A DNA stretch of 64,000 bases from Clostridia bacterium (GCA_017516825.1 JAFXBC010000011.1:1513-65512), one strand, 5' to 3'; positions 36,343 through 46,159 are shown, counted from the first letter of the stretch. Notes: a model not told the origin generated them from the sequence alone. A program made the numbers and translations.

Positions 36343-39150
36343 ATGAAAGATTACAAAGATACGTTGAATCTTCCCGTCACAGCCTTCCCCATGCGAGGGA
36401 ATCTCCCCGCCAGAGAGCCGGAGATGAAAAAGCGCTGGGACGAGATGGATCTTTACAAAAAGATGCTGGAGGTCAACGAGGGCAAGCCCTCCTTCCTCCT
36501 TCACGACGGCCCTCCCTTCTCCAACGGTAACATCCACATGGGCCACGTGATGAATAAGGTGCTGAAGGACATGGTGAACAAATCCAAATCCATGGCCGGC
36601 TTCCGCACCCCCTTCGTTCCCGGCTGGGATAACCACGGTATGCCCATCGAGAGCGCCATCATCAAGCAGTCCAAGCTGGACCGCAAGCGTATGTCCATCC
36701 CCGAGTTCCGCTCTGCCTGCAAGGACTTCGCCATGAAGTTCGTGAACCTGCAGAGAGAGTCCTTCGAGCGTCTGGGCATCGTGGGGGATTGGGACGAGCC
36801 CTACCTCACCATGAACCCCTCCTTCGAGGCGAAGGAAGTCAAGGTCTTCGGCAAGATGTTCGAAAACGGTTACATCTACAAGGGCTTGAAGCCCGTTTAT
36901 TGGTGCGCCCACGACGAGACTGCTCTCGCCGAGGCGGAGATCGAGTACAAGGATGCTCCCTGTACCTCTATTTACGTGAAATTCCGTGTTGCGGACGACC
37001 GGGGTAAGCTGGCAGACAGAGTAGATCTTTCCAAGACCTATTTCGTGATCTGGACCACCACCCCCTGGACCCTGCCCGGTAACGTTGCCATTGCCGTTCA
37101 TCCCCGTGAATCCTATTGCATCGTCCGCGTTGGCGAGGAGAATTACATCATCGCCGAGGCGTTGGTCAACGACACCATGGCAAACGCAGGGATCGAAAGC
37201 TACGAGATCCTTTGCAACGACCTTATTGGCTCCGATCTGGAGTACATGACCGCACAGCACCCCTTCCTGGACCGTACCAGCCAGCTTTGCGTGGCAGACT
37301 ACGTTACCATGGACAGCGGTACCGGCTGCGTTCACACCGCTCCCGGCTACGGCGCGGAGGACTACCTCACCGGCATGAAGTACAAGCTGGAGATCCTGGT
37401 TCCCGTGGACGACAAGGGCTACCAGGGCGAGGCGGCAGGCAAGTTTGCAGGCCTGCGTTACGATGAGTCCAACCAAGCGATTCTGGAGGATATGAAGGAA
37501 ACCGGCGCTCTGCTGGCTTCCAAGGAGATCATCCACCCCTATCCCCATTGCTGGAGATGTAAGCATCCCATCATCTTCCGTGCCACTCCCCAGTGGTTCT
37601 GCTCTGTGGAGGCCTTCCGCGAAGCGGCTGCAAAGGCTTGCGACAGCGTGACCTGGATGCCCGCGTGGGGCGGAGAGCGCATGGTTTCTATGATCAACGA
37701 GCGCGCAGACTGGTGTATCTCCCGTCAGCGCCATTGGGGTCTGCCCATTCCCGTCCTTTACTGTAAGGATTGCGGCAAGCCCATCTGTACCGAAGAGACC
37801 ATCAACCACATCTCTGCCGTGTTTGAGGCCGAAGGCTCCAACGCATGGTTTGAGAGAGAAGCCGCCAGGCTTCTCCCCGAGGGCTTCGCTTGTCCCGATT
37901 GCGGATGCAAGTCCTTCGAAAAGGAGACCGATACCCTGGACGGCTGGTTTGACTCCGGCTCCACCCATTTCGACGTGCTGGATGGCAGAGACGGCCATTC
38001 CCGTCCCGCAGATCTGTATCTGGAGGGCGGCGATCAGTACCGCGGTTGGTTCCAGGCATCCCTGTTGACCGCCATCGGTTCAGGCCTGGAGGAGGCTCCT
38101 TATAAGGCGGTTCTCACCCACGGCTGGACGGTGGACGGCGAGGGTAAGGCAATGCACAAATCCCTGGGCAACGGCGTAGAGCCCGAGTCCATCATCAAGG
38201 TCTACGGCGCGGATATCCTCCGTCTGTGGGTGGCCTCCAGCGATTACCGTGTGGACGTTCGTTGCTCCGACGCCATCTTCAAGCAGTTGGCGGAAAGCTA
38301 CCGTAAGATCCGTAACACCTGCCGTATCCTGCTGGCAAACCTGGGCACTCCCGACACCGATTTCGATCCCGCAAAGCACATGATCCCCGTGGATCGGATG
38401 GAGGAGATCGACCGTTGGGCCCTTTCCCGCCTGAACGAGCTGGTGGCAAACGCCCGCAAGGCCTACGACAATTACGAATTCCACGTCATCTGCCACGACG
38501 TTTTGAATTTCTGCGCTATCGATATGTCCAAGCTGTATATCGATATCACCAAGGATCGTTTGTACTGCAACCGCAAGGACGCTCCCGAGCGCCGCAGTGC
38601 CCAGACGGCGATGTATCTCATCGTCAAGTCCCTTGCCAAGCTGTTGGCACCCATCCTCTCCTTCACCGCAGAAGAGCTGTGGAGCTTTATGGCGCTGTCC
38701 GAGGGAGACAATACCGATTCCGTTCTGTGTAATGAACTGCCCTCCGTCAACGAGGCGTATAACTGTCCCGAGCTGGAGGCTAAGTACGAGGGTCTGTTCC
38801 GCTACCGCGACGACGTGATGAAGGCTTTGGAGATCGCCCGTGCCGCTAAGGTCATCGGTAAGTCTCTGGAGGCCAAGGTCACCCTTTACGGCAAGGCAGA
38901 CAACGAGGCTATGAAGCTGTTCTCCGCTCATCTTGACGAGCTGGAGGAGCTGTTCATCGTCAGCAAGGTGGTGCTTTCCGGTGAGGAAGCTCCCGCAGAA
39001 GCCTTTACGGAAACCGAAAGCGGCGTTGCCGTTCTGGTAGAGGTGGCCGAAGGCGAGAAGTGCGTCCGTTGCTGGGCGTACCGTGACGATTGCACCCATG
39101 ATGAGGAAGGGCAGTGCCTCTGCGCACGTTGCCGTGAGGCAGTATGCTGA
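36343..39150 (+). CDS. ileS: isoleucine--tRNA ligase
   Basis: PPFSNGNIHMGHV (HIGH), GKAMHKSLGN (KMSKS-like), C-terminal CVRCW...CARC zinc knuckles; 935 aa. Confidence 0.95.
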   Translation: MKDYKDTLNLPVTAFPMRGNLPAREPEMKKRWDEMDLYKKMLEVNEGKPSFLLHDGPPFSNGNIHMGHVMNKVLKDMVNKSKSMAGFRTPFVPGWDNHGMPIESAIIKQSKLDRKRMSIPEFRSACKDFAMKFVNLQRESFERLGIVGDWDEPYLTMNPSFEAKEVKVFGKMFENGYIYKGLKPVYWCAHDETALAEAEIEYKDAPCTSIYVKFRVADDRGKLADRVDLSKTYFVIWTTTPWTLPGNVAIAVHPRESYCIVRVGEENYIIAEALVNDTMANAGIESYEILCNDLIGSDLEYMTAQHPFLDRTSQLCVADYVTMDSGTGCVHTAPGYGAEDYLTGMKYKLEILVPVDDKGYQGEAAGKFAGLRYDESNQAILEDMKETGALLASKEIIHPYPHCWRCKHPIIFRATPQWFCSVEAFREAAAKACDSVTWMPAWGGERMVSMINERADWCISRQRHWGLPIPVLYCKDCGKPICTEETINHISAVFEAEGSNAWFEREAARLLPEGFACPDCGCKSFEKETDTLDGWFDSGSTHFDVLDGRDGHSRPADLYLEGGDQYRGWFQASLLTAIGSGLEEAPYKAVLTHGWTVDGEGKAMHKSLGNGVEPESIIKVYGADILRLWVASSDYRVDVRCSDAIFKQLAESYRKIRNTCRILLANLGTPDTDFDPAKHMIPVDRMEEIDRWALSRLNELVANARKAYDNYEFHVICHDVLNFCAIDMSKLYIDITKDRLYCNRKDAPERRSAQTAMYLIVKSLAKLLAPILSFTAEELWSFMALSEGDNTDSVLCNELPSVNEAYNCPELEAKYEGLFRYRDDVMKALEIARAAKVIGKSLEAKVTLYGKADNEAMKLFSAHLDELEELFIVSKVVLSGEEAPAEAFTETESGVAVLVEVAEGEKCVRCWAYRDDCTHDEEGQCLCARCREAVC

Positions 39151-39677
39151 TCGCAGTCCTTTCCGTCCTCTTTGGCTCGGTGATCTTAGATCAGGTCACC
39201 AAGGCCATCGTGGTCTCCCAGCTGGAACTGTACGAGGAAGCGGCGTTCCTGCCCGGACTGGTACGGTTCTACCACACCCGCAACACCGGCGCGGCCTTCA
39301 GTATGTTCTCCGACAACCGTTGGGTGTTCATGGTGTTCTCTTTGATCGCCATGGTGCTGATGACCTATCTGCTGGTAAAGTTCCACGGAAGACATTGGAT
39401 GCTTTCCGTTTCCCTGGCGGCTGTGCTGGGGGGCGGCATCGGCAACATGATCGACCGCGTGCTTTGCGGCTACGTAGTGGATTTTCTGGATTTTCAATTT
39501 ATGAAGTTTGCCGTGTTCAACGTGGCGGATATCTTCGTCACCTGCGGCTCCGTTGCCCTGGCGGTGTACATCCTCTTTGTCGAACCTAAGGTGGAACGCC
39601 GTCTGCAGGAGCAAAAGGCGGCGGAAACCGTCCCGGAGGAGGCTCCCTGTGAAGGAAACGACGACGGTGACGAGTGA
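39144..39677 (+). CDS. lspA: lipoprotein signal peptidase II
   Basis: NTGAAFSMF and FAVFNVADIFVTCG motifs. It overlaps the ileS stop (ATGCTGA). Confidence 0.9.
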   Translation: MLIAVLSVLFGSVILDQVTKAIVVSQLELYEEAAFLPGLVRFYHTRNTGAAFSMFSDNRWVFMVFSLIAMVLMTYLLVKFHGRHWMLSVSLAAVLGGGIGNMIDRVLCGYVVDFLDFQFMKFAVFNVADIFVTCGSVALAVYILFVEPKVERRLQEQKAAETVPEEAPCEGNDDGDE

Positions 39678-40569
39678 TCGGTCCGGCAAACGGCTGGACG
39701 TTTGGCTTGCGGAAGCGGCGGAGATCAGCCGTTCCAGAGCCCAACAGCTTATCGAAGGCGGGGAAGTGCTGAAAAACGGCAAGGTCGCCAAAAAGCGGGA
39801 TACGGTGTTCCAAGGGGACGAGGTGATTTACGAGATCCCCGAGCCCGAGGAGATCGAGGCCATTCCCCAGGATCTTCCCATTACCATCGTATATGAGGAC
39901 GACCATTTGCTGGTGGTGGATAAGCCCCAGGGAATGGTGGTGCATCCTGCCCCGGGGAATCCCGACGGCACTTTGGTAAACGCCTTGCTGTACCATTGCA
40001 AAGGAAGGCTTTCTTCCATCAACGGCATGGTACGGCCGGGCATTGTCCACCGCATCGATAAGGATACCTCGGGTCTGCTCATCGTTGCCAAAACCGATGA
40101 AGCCCATCGGGGTCTGGCGGAGCAGATCGCTGTTCACAGCTTTGTCCGCCGCTACGAGGCGGTTTGCGTGGGCAGCTTCCGCGAGGAGGCAGGAACGGTG
40201 AACGCCCCCATCGGCAGGAGTAAGACCGATCGCAAGAAAATGGCGGTGACACAGGAAAACTCCAAGCCCGCCGTTACCCATTATCGGGTGTTGGGGGAAA
40301 CGAAAAACAAGATGTATTCGCATTTGGAGCTCACTCTGGAAACAGGGCGCACCCACCAGATCCGCGTGCATATGGCCTATATGGGGCACCCCGTGGCGGG
40401 GGATCCCGTGTACGGCACCGAAAAGCACCGTTTGGGGCTTTCGGGACAATGTCTGTTTGCAAAATTTATTCAATTTACTCATCCCGTTACCGGTGCGGTT
40501 TTGGCTTTTGAAGCGGATCGCCCACAGTTTCTCAGAGAAACTCTGCAGAAGCTCGGGATCGGAGGCTAA
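39649..40569 (+). CDS. rluD: RluA-family 23S rRNA pseudouridine synthase (RluD-like)
   Basis: S4 domain (RLDVWLAE...SRSRAQQLI) plus HRIDKDTSGLLIVAKT. GTG 39649 follows GGAGGAGG; the track ORF is 5'-extended. Confidence 0.85.
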   Translation: MKETTTVTSDRSGKRLDVWLAEAAEISRSRAQQLIEGGEVLKNGKVAKKRDTVFQGDEVIYEIPEPEEIEAIPQDLPITIVYEDDHLLVVDKPQGMVVHPAPGNPDGTLVNALLYHCKGRLSSINGMVRPGIVHRIDKDTSGLLIVAKTDEAHRGLAEQIAVHSFVRRYEAVCVGSFREEAGTVNAPIGRSKTDRKKMAVTQENSKPAVTHYRVLGETKNKMYSHLELTLETGRTHQIRVHMAYMGHPVAGDPVYGTEKHRLGLSGQCLFAKFIQFTHPVTGAVLAFEADRPQFLRETLQKLGIGG

Positions 40570-40600
40570 ACTCTAAAACATAGAGTTGGAAAGGCTTATT

Positions 40601-41452
40601 ATGCAAAAGCAGGAACTTTTGATGCTTGCCGAAAAGGCGGCGGAAATCAGAAAATTGGCGGTAGACGCCATCTACCACGCCAAGTCCGGCCATCCCGGCG
40701 GCTCTCTGTCCATCGCAGAGATCGTGGCCTACCTTTATTTCAAGGAAATGAAGGTGGACGCGGCAAATCCCGCAGACCCGGAGCGCGACCGCTTCGTGTT
40801 GTCTAAAGGCCATTGCTGTCCCGCACTTTACGCCGCTCTGGCGATGAAAGGTTTCTTCCCCAAGGAGGATCTGAACACCCTTCGCCATTTGGGCAGCTAT
40901 CTTTCCGGTCACCCGGATATGAAGAACGTCCCCGGTGTGGATATGTCCACCGGATCTCTGGGTCAGGGCATTTCCGCGGCAGCAGGCATGGCGCTGGCGG
41001 GCAAGCGGAACGGTAAGAGCTATCGCGTGTTCTCCATCCTGGGGGACGGCGAATGCCAGGAAGGCCAGGTTTGGGAGGCGGCAATGTTCTCCGCTCACTA
41101 TAAGCTGGACAACCTGATCGCTTTCGTGGACTTTAACCACCTGCAGATCGACGGCGACGTCCGCGACGTTATGAATCCCACCCCCATCGACAAGAAGTTT
41201 GAGGCCTTCGGCTGGTACGTCCAGTGTATCGACGGACACGACTTTGCTCAGATCGAGGAGGCCGTTGCCAATGCCTGCAAGTCCGACAGACCCTCCGCCA
41301 TCGTTTGCACCACGGTGAAGGGCAAGGGCGTCTCCTTCATGGAGAACAACTACGGCTGGCACGGCAAGGCACCCAAGGCTGAAGAATACGAGATCGCTAT
41401 GAACGAGCTGAACGCAGCTCTTGCAGCGGCAAAGGAGGCTAACAATGGCTGA
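40601..41452 (+). CDS. transketolase, N-terminal (TPP-binding) subunit
   Basis: AKSGHPGGSLS, GDGECQEGQVWEA. Confidence 0.9.
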   Translation: MQKQELLMLAEKAAEIRKLAVDAIYHAKSGHPGGSLSIAEIVAYLYFKEMKVDAANPADPERDRFVLSKGHCCPALYAALAMKGFFPKEDLNTLRHLGSYLSGHPDMKNVPGVDMSTGSLGQGISAAAGMALAGKRNGKSYRVFSILGDGECQEGQVWEAAMFSAHYKLDNLIAFVDFNHLQIDGDVRDVMNPTPIDKKFEAFGWYVQCIDGHDFAQIEEAVANACKSDRPSAIVCTTVKGKGVSFMENNYGWHGKAPKAEEYEIAMNELNAALAAAKEANNG

Positions 41453-42380
41453 GAGAATCGCTACCCGTGTTGCTTACGGTAAGACGTTGGCCGCTCTGGG
41501 CGAGACCCGTCACTTTTTCGTCATGGATGCAGACCTTTCCGGCTCCACCCAGACCGCTATTTTCGGCAAGAAATTCCCCGATCGCTTTATCAACTGCGGT
41601 ATCGCGGAAGCCAATATGATCTCTGCCGCCGCAGGTATTGCCGCCGCAGGGACCCCCGTGTTCTGCTCCAGCTTTGCCATGTTCGCTTGCGGACGAGCCT
41701 ACGAGCAGATCCGTAACTCCGTGGCTTATCCCAAGCTGAACGTAAAGATCTGCGCTTCCCACGGCGGCATCACCGTTGGCGAGGACGGTGCCACTCACCA
41801 GTATTGCGAGGATCTGGCCATCATGCGCGCTACCCCCAACATGGTGGTGGCGAATCCTGCCGATGCCACCGAGACGGTGAAGGCTATCGAGGCGATCCTG
41901 GATTACGACGGCCCCGTTTACTGCCGTTTGGGCAGGTTTGCCGTTCCCGTGGTGTTTGACCCCGCTACCTATAAGTTCGAGCTGGGCAAGGGCAACGTTT
42001 TGGCTGACGGCAAGGACGTAGCCATCTTTGCCACCGGTATTATGAACGCCGCCGCTTTGGAGGCGAGAGAACAGTTGAAGGCTCACGGCGTGGATGCGGC
42101 CATCATCGATATCCACACCATCAAGCCCATCGACAGAGATCTTATCGCTCACTACGCCGCCAAGACCGGCGCCGTGGTTACCGTTGAAGAGCATAATATC
42201 ATCGGCGGCTTGGGCAGTGCGGTGGCCGAGGTTCTGGCCGAGACCGTGCCCACCAAGATGGCCCGGGTTGGCATTGAGGACGTATTCGGCACTTCTGCTT
42301 CCGCAGAGGTTCTGCTGGATTACTACAAGCTCAACGCACAGGGCATCGTAGAGAAGACGCTCAAGCTTCTCGGAAAATAA
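41445..42380 (+). CDS. transketolase, C-terminal (pyrimidine-binding) subunit
   Basis: FINCGIAEANMISAAAGIA. It overlaps the N-terminal subunit gene by 8 nt. Confidence 0.9.
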   Translation: MAERIATRVAYGKTLAALGETRHFFVMDADLSGSTQTAIFGKKFPDRFINCGIAEANMISAAAGIAAAGTPVFCSSFAMFACGRAYEQIRNSVAYPKLNVKICASHGGITVGEDGATHQYCEDLAIMRATPNMVVANPADATETVKAIEAILDYDGPVYCRLGRFAVPVVFDPATYKFELGKGNVLADGKDVAIFATGIMNAAALEAREQLKAHGVDAAIIDIHTIKPIDRDLIAHYAAKTGAVVTVEEHNIIGGLGSAVAEVLAETVPTKMARVGIEDVFGTSASAEVLLDYYKLNAQGIVEKTLKLLGK

Positions 42381-42387
42381 CAAACAC

Positions 42388-42415
42388 GTGCCCACCCTCG
42401 GGTGGGCACACTTTG
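42388..42415 (+). terminator. intrinsic terminator (weak U-tract)
   Basis: GTGCCCACC-CTCG-GGTGGGCAC, then ACTTTGT. Confidence 0.5.
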
Positions 42416-42434
42416 TATCACTAAGAGGTACCAT

Positions 42435-43187
42435 ATGACCGTACAAGAATTGGCTGTATACCTGGATGAACGGATTTCCGTATCCCTTTCCGAGCCCTGG
42501 GATAACGACGGACGGATGGTGATCCCCCACAGAGAGACCGAGGTCACGGGGGTGCTTTGCGCCCTGGATTGCACAAGCGGCGCCATCGCCCGTGCCAAGG
42601 AGCTGGGATGCAACGTGATCTTGACCCATCACCCCCTGATCTTCAAGCCCCTGGCAAGCCTTGCGGATACCGACAGCGTGGGGAAGCGGGTGATTGCCTG
42701 CGTGGAAAGCGGCATCGCCGTCCTTTCCTACCATACCCGCCTGGACTCCCTGGAGGGGGGCGTCAACGATTGCCTGGCAGAAGCCCTGGGCCTGCGGAAT
42801 ATCACCTCCTTCCTGCCTTACGGTAGGATCGGCGAGGTGGAGGAGCAGCCCTTTGAGACCTTCGCTTCCCACGTGGGCAAGGCGTTGGAAACGAAAGAGC
42901 TTTCCTTGGTGAAGGCGACGCCTGCCGTAAAGAAGGTTGCCTTGGTCTCCGGCAGCGGCAAGGATGAGATCCGTGAAGCGTTGGAAGCGGGGGCAGATAC
43001 CTTCGTCACCGGGGAGGCCAACCACAGCAGTATGCTGGATTGCATGGAGCTGGGGCTGAATCTGATCTGCGCCACCCATTACGCCACCGAGCGGGTGGTA
43101 CTGCCCTTCCTGCAGACTCTCGCAGAGGAGGCGGGGCTGAAGGCCGTTATTTACCCCTTCGCCAGGGAGGCGGAATATGGCATTTGA
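42435..43187 (+). CDS. Nif3-like dinuclear metal centre protein
   Basis: NVILTHHPLIF and ICATHYATE motifs. AAGAGG RBS before ATG 42435. Confidence 0.85.
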   Translation: MTVQELAVYLDERISVSLSEPWDNDGRMVIPHRETEVTGVLCALDCTSGAIARAKELGCNVILTHHPLIFKPLASLADTDSVGKRVIACVESGIAVLSYHTRLDSLEGGVNDCLAEALGLRNITSFLPYGRIGEVEEQPFETFASHVGKALETKELSLVKATPAVKKVALVSGSGKDEIREALEAGADTFVTGEANHSSMLDCMELGLNLICATHYATERVVLPFLQTLAEEAGLKAVIYPFAREAEYGI

Positions 43188-44904
43188 CGGCTTCTTTTGT
43201 GTGGCGGTTGCCAATGAATTGAACGCGTGGGCAGGAGCCAAGGTGGAAAAGGTTCACCAAAGCGCCCCCTCTTGTATGTATCTTTGCCTGTATCGGGAGG
43301 GCAAGCGGGCCAATCTGATCCTTTCCGTGGCGGCCTCCCGCCCTCTTTTGGCCATCACCGCGGAGGACATCGCCAAGCCCAAGGATCCCACCCCCTTCTG
43401 TATGTTGTTCCGCAAGCATTTGCAAAACGGCAGGTTAACTTCCGTCTCCTGCGTGCCCCACGAGCGTATCGTGAAGCTTTCCTTCGCCTGCGCCGACGAA
43501 TTGGGCTTCCTGCGGGAGAAGACCCTGTACGCGGAGATGATGGGGAAGTATTCCAATCTGATCTTAGTCAATGAGGACGGCAGGATCGTGGGGGCAACCT
43601 CCACGGCAGACCTCACCGCCTCCGTGCGCCAGGTGATGCCGGGGATGCCCTACGAATTGCCCGCCCCGCAAGAAAAATTCGACGCCCTCACCGTGACGGA
43701 AAGTGATTTCTTCGCCCTGCTGGCGGTGAATCGGGAGCTGACCTTCGACCGCTTCCTGGTGTCCAAGTTCTTCGCCTTTTCCCCCGCCGTAGCAAGGGAG
43801 ATCTCCTTCCTGGCCTCGGGGAATACCGAGACTTTTATCAGCCAGCTGAACTTCACCCACGCCTGGGAAAGCTTTTCCTCCGTGATCGCCCGCATACGGG
43901 AAAACGACTATCTCCCTTCTGCGGTATACAACGGAGAGAAGGGCGTGGAGTACGCCTACATTCCCCTCACCCAGTACGGCGGCATGACGGTGAAGACCTA
44001 CCAAAGCTTTTCTTCGCTTCTGCTTTCCTATTTCGCCTCCAAGGAGGAGACGGTGAACATCCGCTCCTACGCGGCGGATATTCTCAAAACGGTGAATAAT
44101 CACCTTGCCAGAGAAGAAAAGAAAATAGGTCTGCAGAAAAAGGAACTGCTGGATTGTGAAAAGCGGGAGACCCTGCGGAAAAACGGCGACCTGCTCATGG
44201 CAAACCTGTATCGTTTGAAAAGCGGTATGACCTCCGTGGTGGTGAACGACTACGAGACCGGGGAGGACCTGGAAATTTCCATGGATGGCAGACTCACCCC
44301 CGTGCAGAACGCCCAGAACTACTACAAAAAGTACGCCAAGATGAAGCGTGCCGCCGAGGCGTTGACGGAACAGCTTTTGCTCACGGAGGGAAAGATCCAC
44401 CATCTGGAAAGCGTTCTGGACGCCGTGGCCCGTGCCGGCGAGCTTACCGATTTAGAGGAGATCCGCAGGGAGCTGATGGAAACCGGCTTTTTGAAGTCCC
44501 ACGCCGTGGGCAACCCCAAAAAGAAAAAGCAAGGGCTTTCCAAGCCCCTCACCTATACCACCACCGACGGCATGACCGTCCGCGTGGGGCGTAACAACCT
44601 GCAAAACGATGCCTTGACCGCCTCTGCGGAGAAAAAGGATCTGTGGTTCCATATCAAGAAGTTCCACGGCTCCCACGTGATCCTGGTGACGAACGGCGTG
44701 GAGCCCACCGACCGTGACTACACCGAAGCCGCCATGCTGGCCGCCTTCCACAGCGAAAAGAAGGGGAGCTCCAACGTGGAGGTGGATTATACCCGTGTGA
44801 AGTTTTTACGCAAGCCTGCGGGAAGCGCCCCGGGCTTCGTGACCTACGAGACCTATTACAGCGCCGTGGTAGACGCGGTGGATCCCTTTGCAAAAGGAGA
44901 ATAA
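43177..44904 (+). CDS. rqcH: ribosome quality control protein RqcH (FbpA/NFACT family)
   Basis: MAFDGFF NFACT-N start, central coiled coil, DLWFHIKKFHGSHVIL NFACT-R motif. Confidence 0.85.
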   Translation: MAFDGFFCVAVANELNAWAGAKVEKVHQSAPSCMYLCLYREGKRANLILSVAASRPLLAITAEDIAKPKDPTPFCMLFRKHLQNGRLTSVSCVPHERIVKLSFACADELGFLREKTLYAEMMGKYSNLILVNEDGRIVGATSTADLTASVRQVMPGMPYELPAPQEKFDALTVTESDFFALLAVNRELTFDRFLVSKFFAFSPAVAREISFLASGNTETFISQLNFTHAWESFSSVIARIRENDYLPSAVYNGEKGVEYAYIPLTQYGGMTVKTYQSFSSLLLSYFASKEETVNIRSYAADILKTVNNHLAREEKKIGLQKKELLDCEKRETLRKNGDLLMANLYRLKSGMTSVVVNDYETGEDLEISMDGRLTPVQNAQNYYKKYAKMKRAAEALTEQLLLTEGKIHHLESVLDAVARAGELTDLEEIRRELMETGFLKSHAVGNPKKKKQGLSKPLTYTTTDGMTVRVGRNNLQNDALTASAEKKDLWFHIKKFHGSHVILVTNGVEPTDRDYTEAAMLAAFHSEKKGSSNVEVDYTRVKFLRKPAGSAPGFVTYETYYSAVVDAVDPFAKGE

Positions 44905-44907
44905 ACA

Positions 44908-45471
44908 ATGGCAAAAATGAAATGGAAGGGCGGCACCATGATGTCTCCCGTTCCCGCGGTGCTGGTAAGCTGTGCCGACGGGGAAAAGAAAAATCTGTTT
45001 ACCGTGGCATGGACGGGCATCGTATGCTCCAACCCGCCCCGTACCTACGTTTCCGTTCGTCCCGAGCGGTATTCCTACGAGCTGATCAAAAACAGTGGGG
45101 AATTCTGTATCAACCTGCCCACCTCCTACCTGGTGAAGGCGGTGGACTTCTGCGGCGTGCGAAGCGGCAGAGATATGGATAAGTTCGAGATGTGCCGTCT
45201 CACCCCCGAAGCCTCCCAGACGGTCTCCTGCCCCTCCGTGGCGGAATGTCCCATCACCCTGGAATGCAAGGTGTTCGAGGAAAAGGATCTGGGCAGCCAC
45301 ACCATGTTCCTTGCGGACATCACCGCCGTAACGGTGGATGAAAGCATTGTGGGCGAGGATGGCAAGATGCACCTGGAGAAGGCGCACCCCATGGCCTACG
45401 GACACGGCACCTATTACACCCTGGGGAAACGGATCGGCAAGTTCGGCTATTCCGTGAAGAAACGCAAATGA
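44908..45471 (+). CDS. flavin reductase-like (FMN-binding split barrel) protein
   Basis: PVPAVLVSC...NLFTVAWTGIVCSNPP pattern. Confidence 0.75.
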   Translation: MAKMKWKGGTMMSPVPAVLVSCADGEKKNLFTVAWTGIVCSNPPRTYVSVRPERYSYELIKNSGEFCINLPTSYLVKAVDFCGVRSGRDMDKFEMCRLTPEASQTVSCPSVAECPITLECKVFEEKDLGSHTMFLADITAVTVDESIVGEDGKMHLEKAHPMAYGHGTYYTLGKRIGKFGYSVKKRK

Positions 45472-45944
45472 CCTCCGTCGTATTGATCCACGTGGGGGAT
45501 TTTCGGGAATCCTACTTCCGCGAGGCGGAGGCGGAATACAAAAAACGTCTGCAGAAGTATTGCACCTACCGCACGGTTTGCATTGCGGAAGAGCGTGTCC
45601 CCGACGAAAACAACCAAACCCACATCAAGCGCGCCTTGGAAAAGGAGGCGGAAAAGATCCGTGCCGCCATCCCGCCCCACCATACCAAGATCGCTTTGTG
45701 CGTGGAGGGGAAACAGCTTTCCTCCGAGGGGCTTGCAAAGCTGATGGGGGAAAAGACCTTGGAAGGCGGGCTGTGCTTTGTCATCGGCAGCAGCCACGGG
45801 CTGGACGAGACTCTCAAAAAGGAATGTCCCGTAAAGCTTTCCTTCTCCCAAATGACCTTCCCGCACCGCATCGCCCGCATTCTGCTGGCGGAGCAGGTGT
45901 ACCGCGGCTTCACCATCCTGGCAGGGACAGGCTACCACAAATAA
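45468..45944 (+). CDS. rlmH: 23S rRNA (pseudouridine1915-N3)-methyltransferase
   Basis: 158-aa SPOUT protein; FVIGSSHGL...LSFSQMTFPHRIARILLAEQVYR. Confidence 0.9.
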   Translation: MTSVVLIHVGDFRESYFREAEAEYKKRLQKYCTYRTVCIAEERVPDENNQTHIKRALEKEAEKIRAAIPPHHTKIALCVEGKQLSSEGLAKLMGEKTLEGGLCFVIGSSHGLDETLKKECPVKLSFSQMTFPHRIARILLAEQVYRGFTILAGTGYHK

Positions 45945-45952
45945 TCTGTATA

Positions 45953-46004
45953 AAAAAGCTTCTTTTCGGTCTATACTAAGTTTACCAACCGAAAGGAGCT
46001 TTTT
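45953..46004 (+). terminator. rlmH terminator hairpin whose 3' arm contains the Shine-Dalgarno of the next micro-ORF
   Basis: About 16 bp (AAAAAGCTTCTTTTCGG / CCGAAAGGAGCTTTTT) with a 19-nt loop carrying TATACT; A-run 5' and T-run 3'. Confidence 0.55.
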
Positions 46005-46006
46005 CT

Positions 46007-46159
46007 ATGTCCAATTCCAAAAACCAAAAGAACCAAGCCAAGAACCAAAAGAACGACTGCAAGAATCAGCAAAATCAGCAAAACCAGCAAAATCAGAATC
46101 AGCAGAACAAAAGCAAAATGCAAAATGAAAAGAGCAAGGAACAGCTCTACGACTTCTGA
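46007..46159 (+). CDS. 50-aa N/Q/K-rich micro-protein (unclassified)
   Basis: AAAGGAG RBS 8 nt upstream. Sequence is MSNSKNQKNQAKNQKNDCKNQQNQQNQQNQNQQNKSKMQNEKSKEQLYDF, followed by a strong terminator. Below the 60-aa cut-off of the ORF track. Confidence 0.55.
   Translation: MSNSKNQKNQAKNQKNDCKNQQNQQNQQNQNQQNKSKMQNEKSKEQLYDF
46064..46108 (+). repeat. in-frame 9-nt tandem repeat (AATCAGCAA-like x5) encoding (NQQ)n
   Basis: AATCAGCAA AATCAGCAA AACCAGCAA AATCAGAAT CAGCAGAAC. Confidence 0.8.

Noticed and set aside
45948-45978. Forespore sigma-F/G-type promoter (GTATA ... TATACTA) for the N/Q/K-rich micro-ORF.
   Set aside because: The spacing between the boxes is ~19 nt, against the 17-18 nt I recall for sigma-G, and the -10 is not a clean CATxxTA. 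Left as a hypothesis only in the findings.
46064-46108. Short tandem repeats as a possible CRISPR or minisatellite locus.
   Set aside because: The units are 9 nt, contiguous, in frame and inside a micro-ORF. There is no repeat-spacer architecture anywhere in the window.
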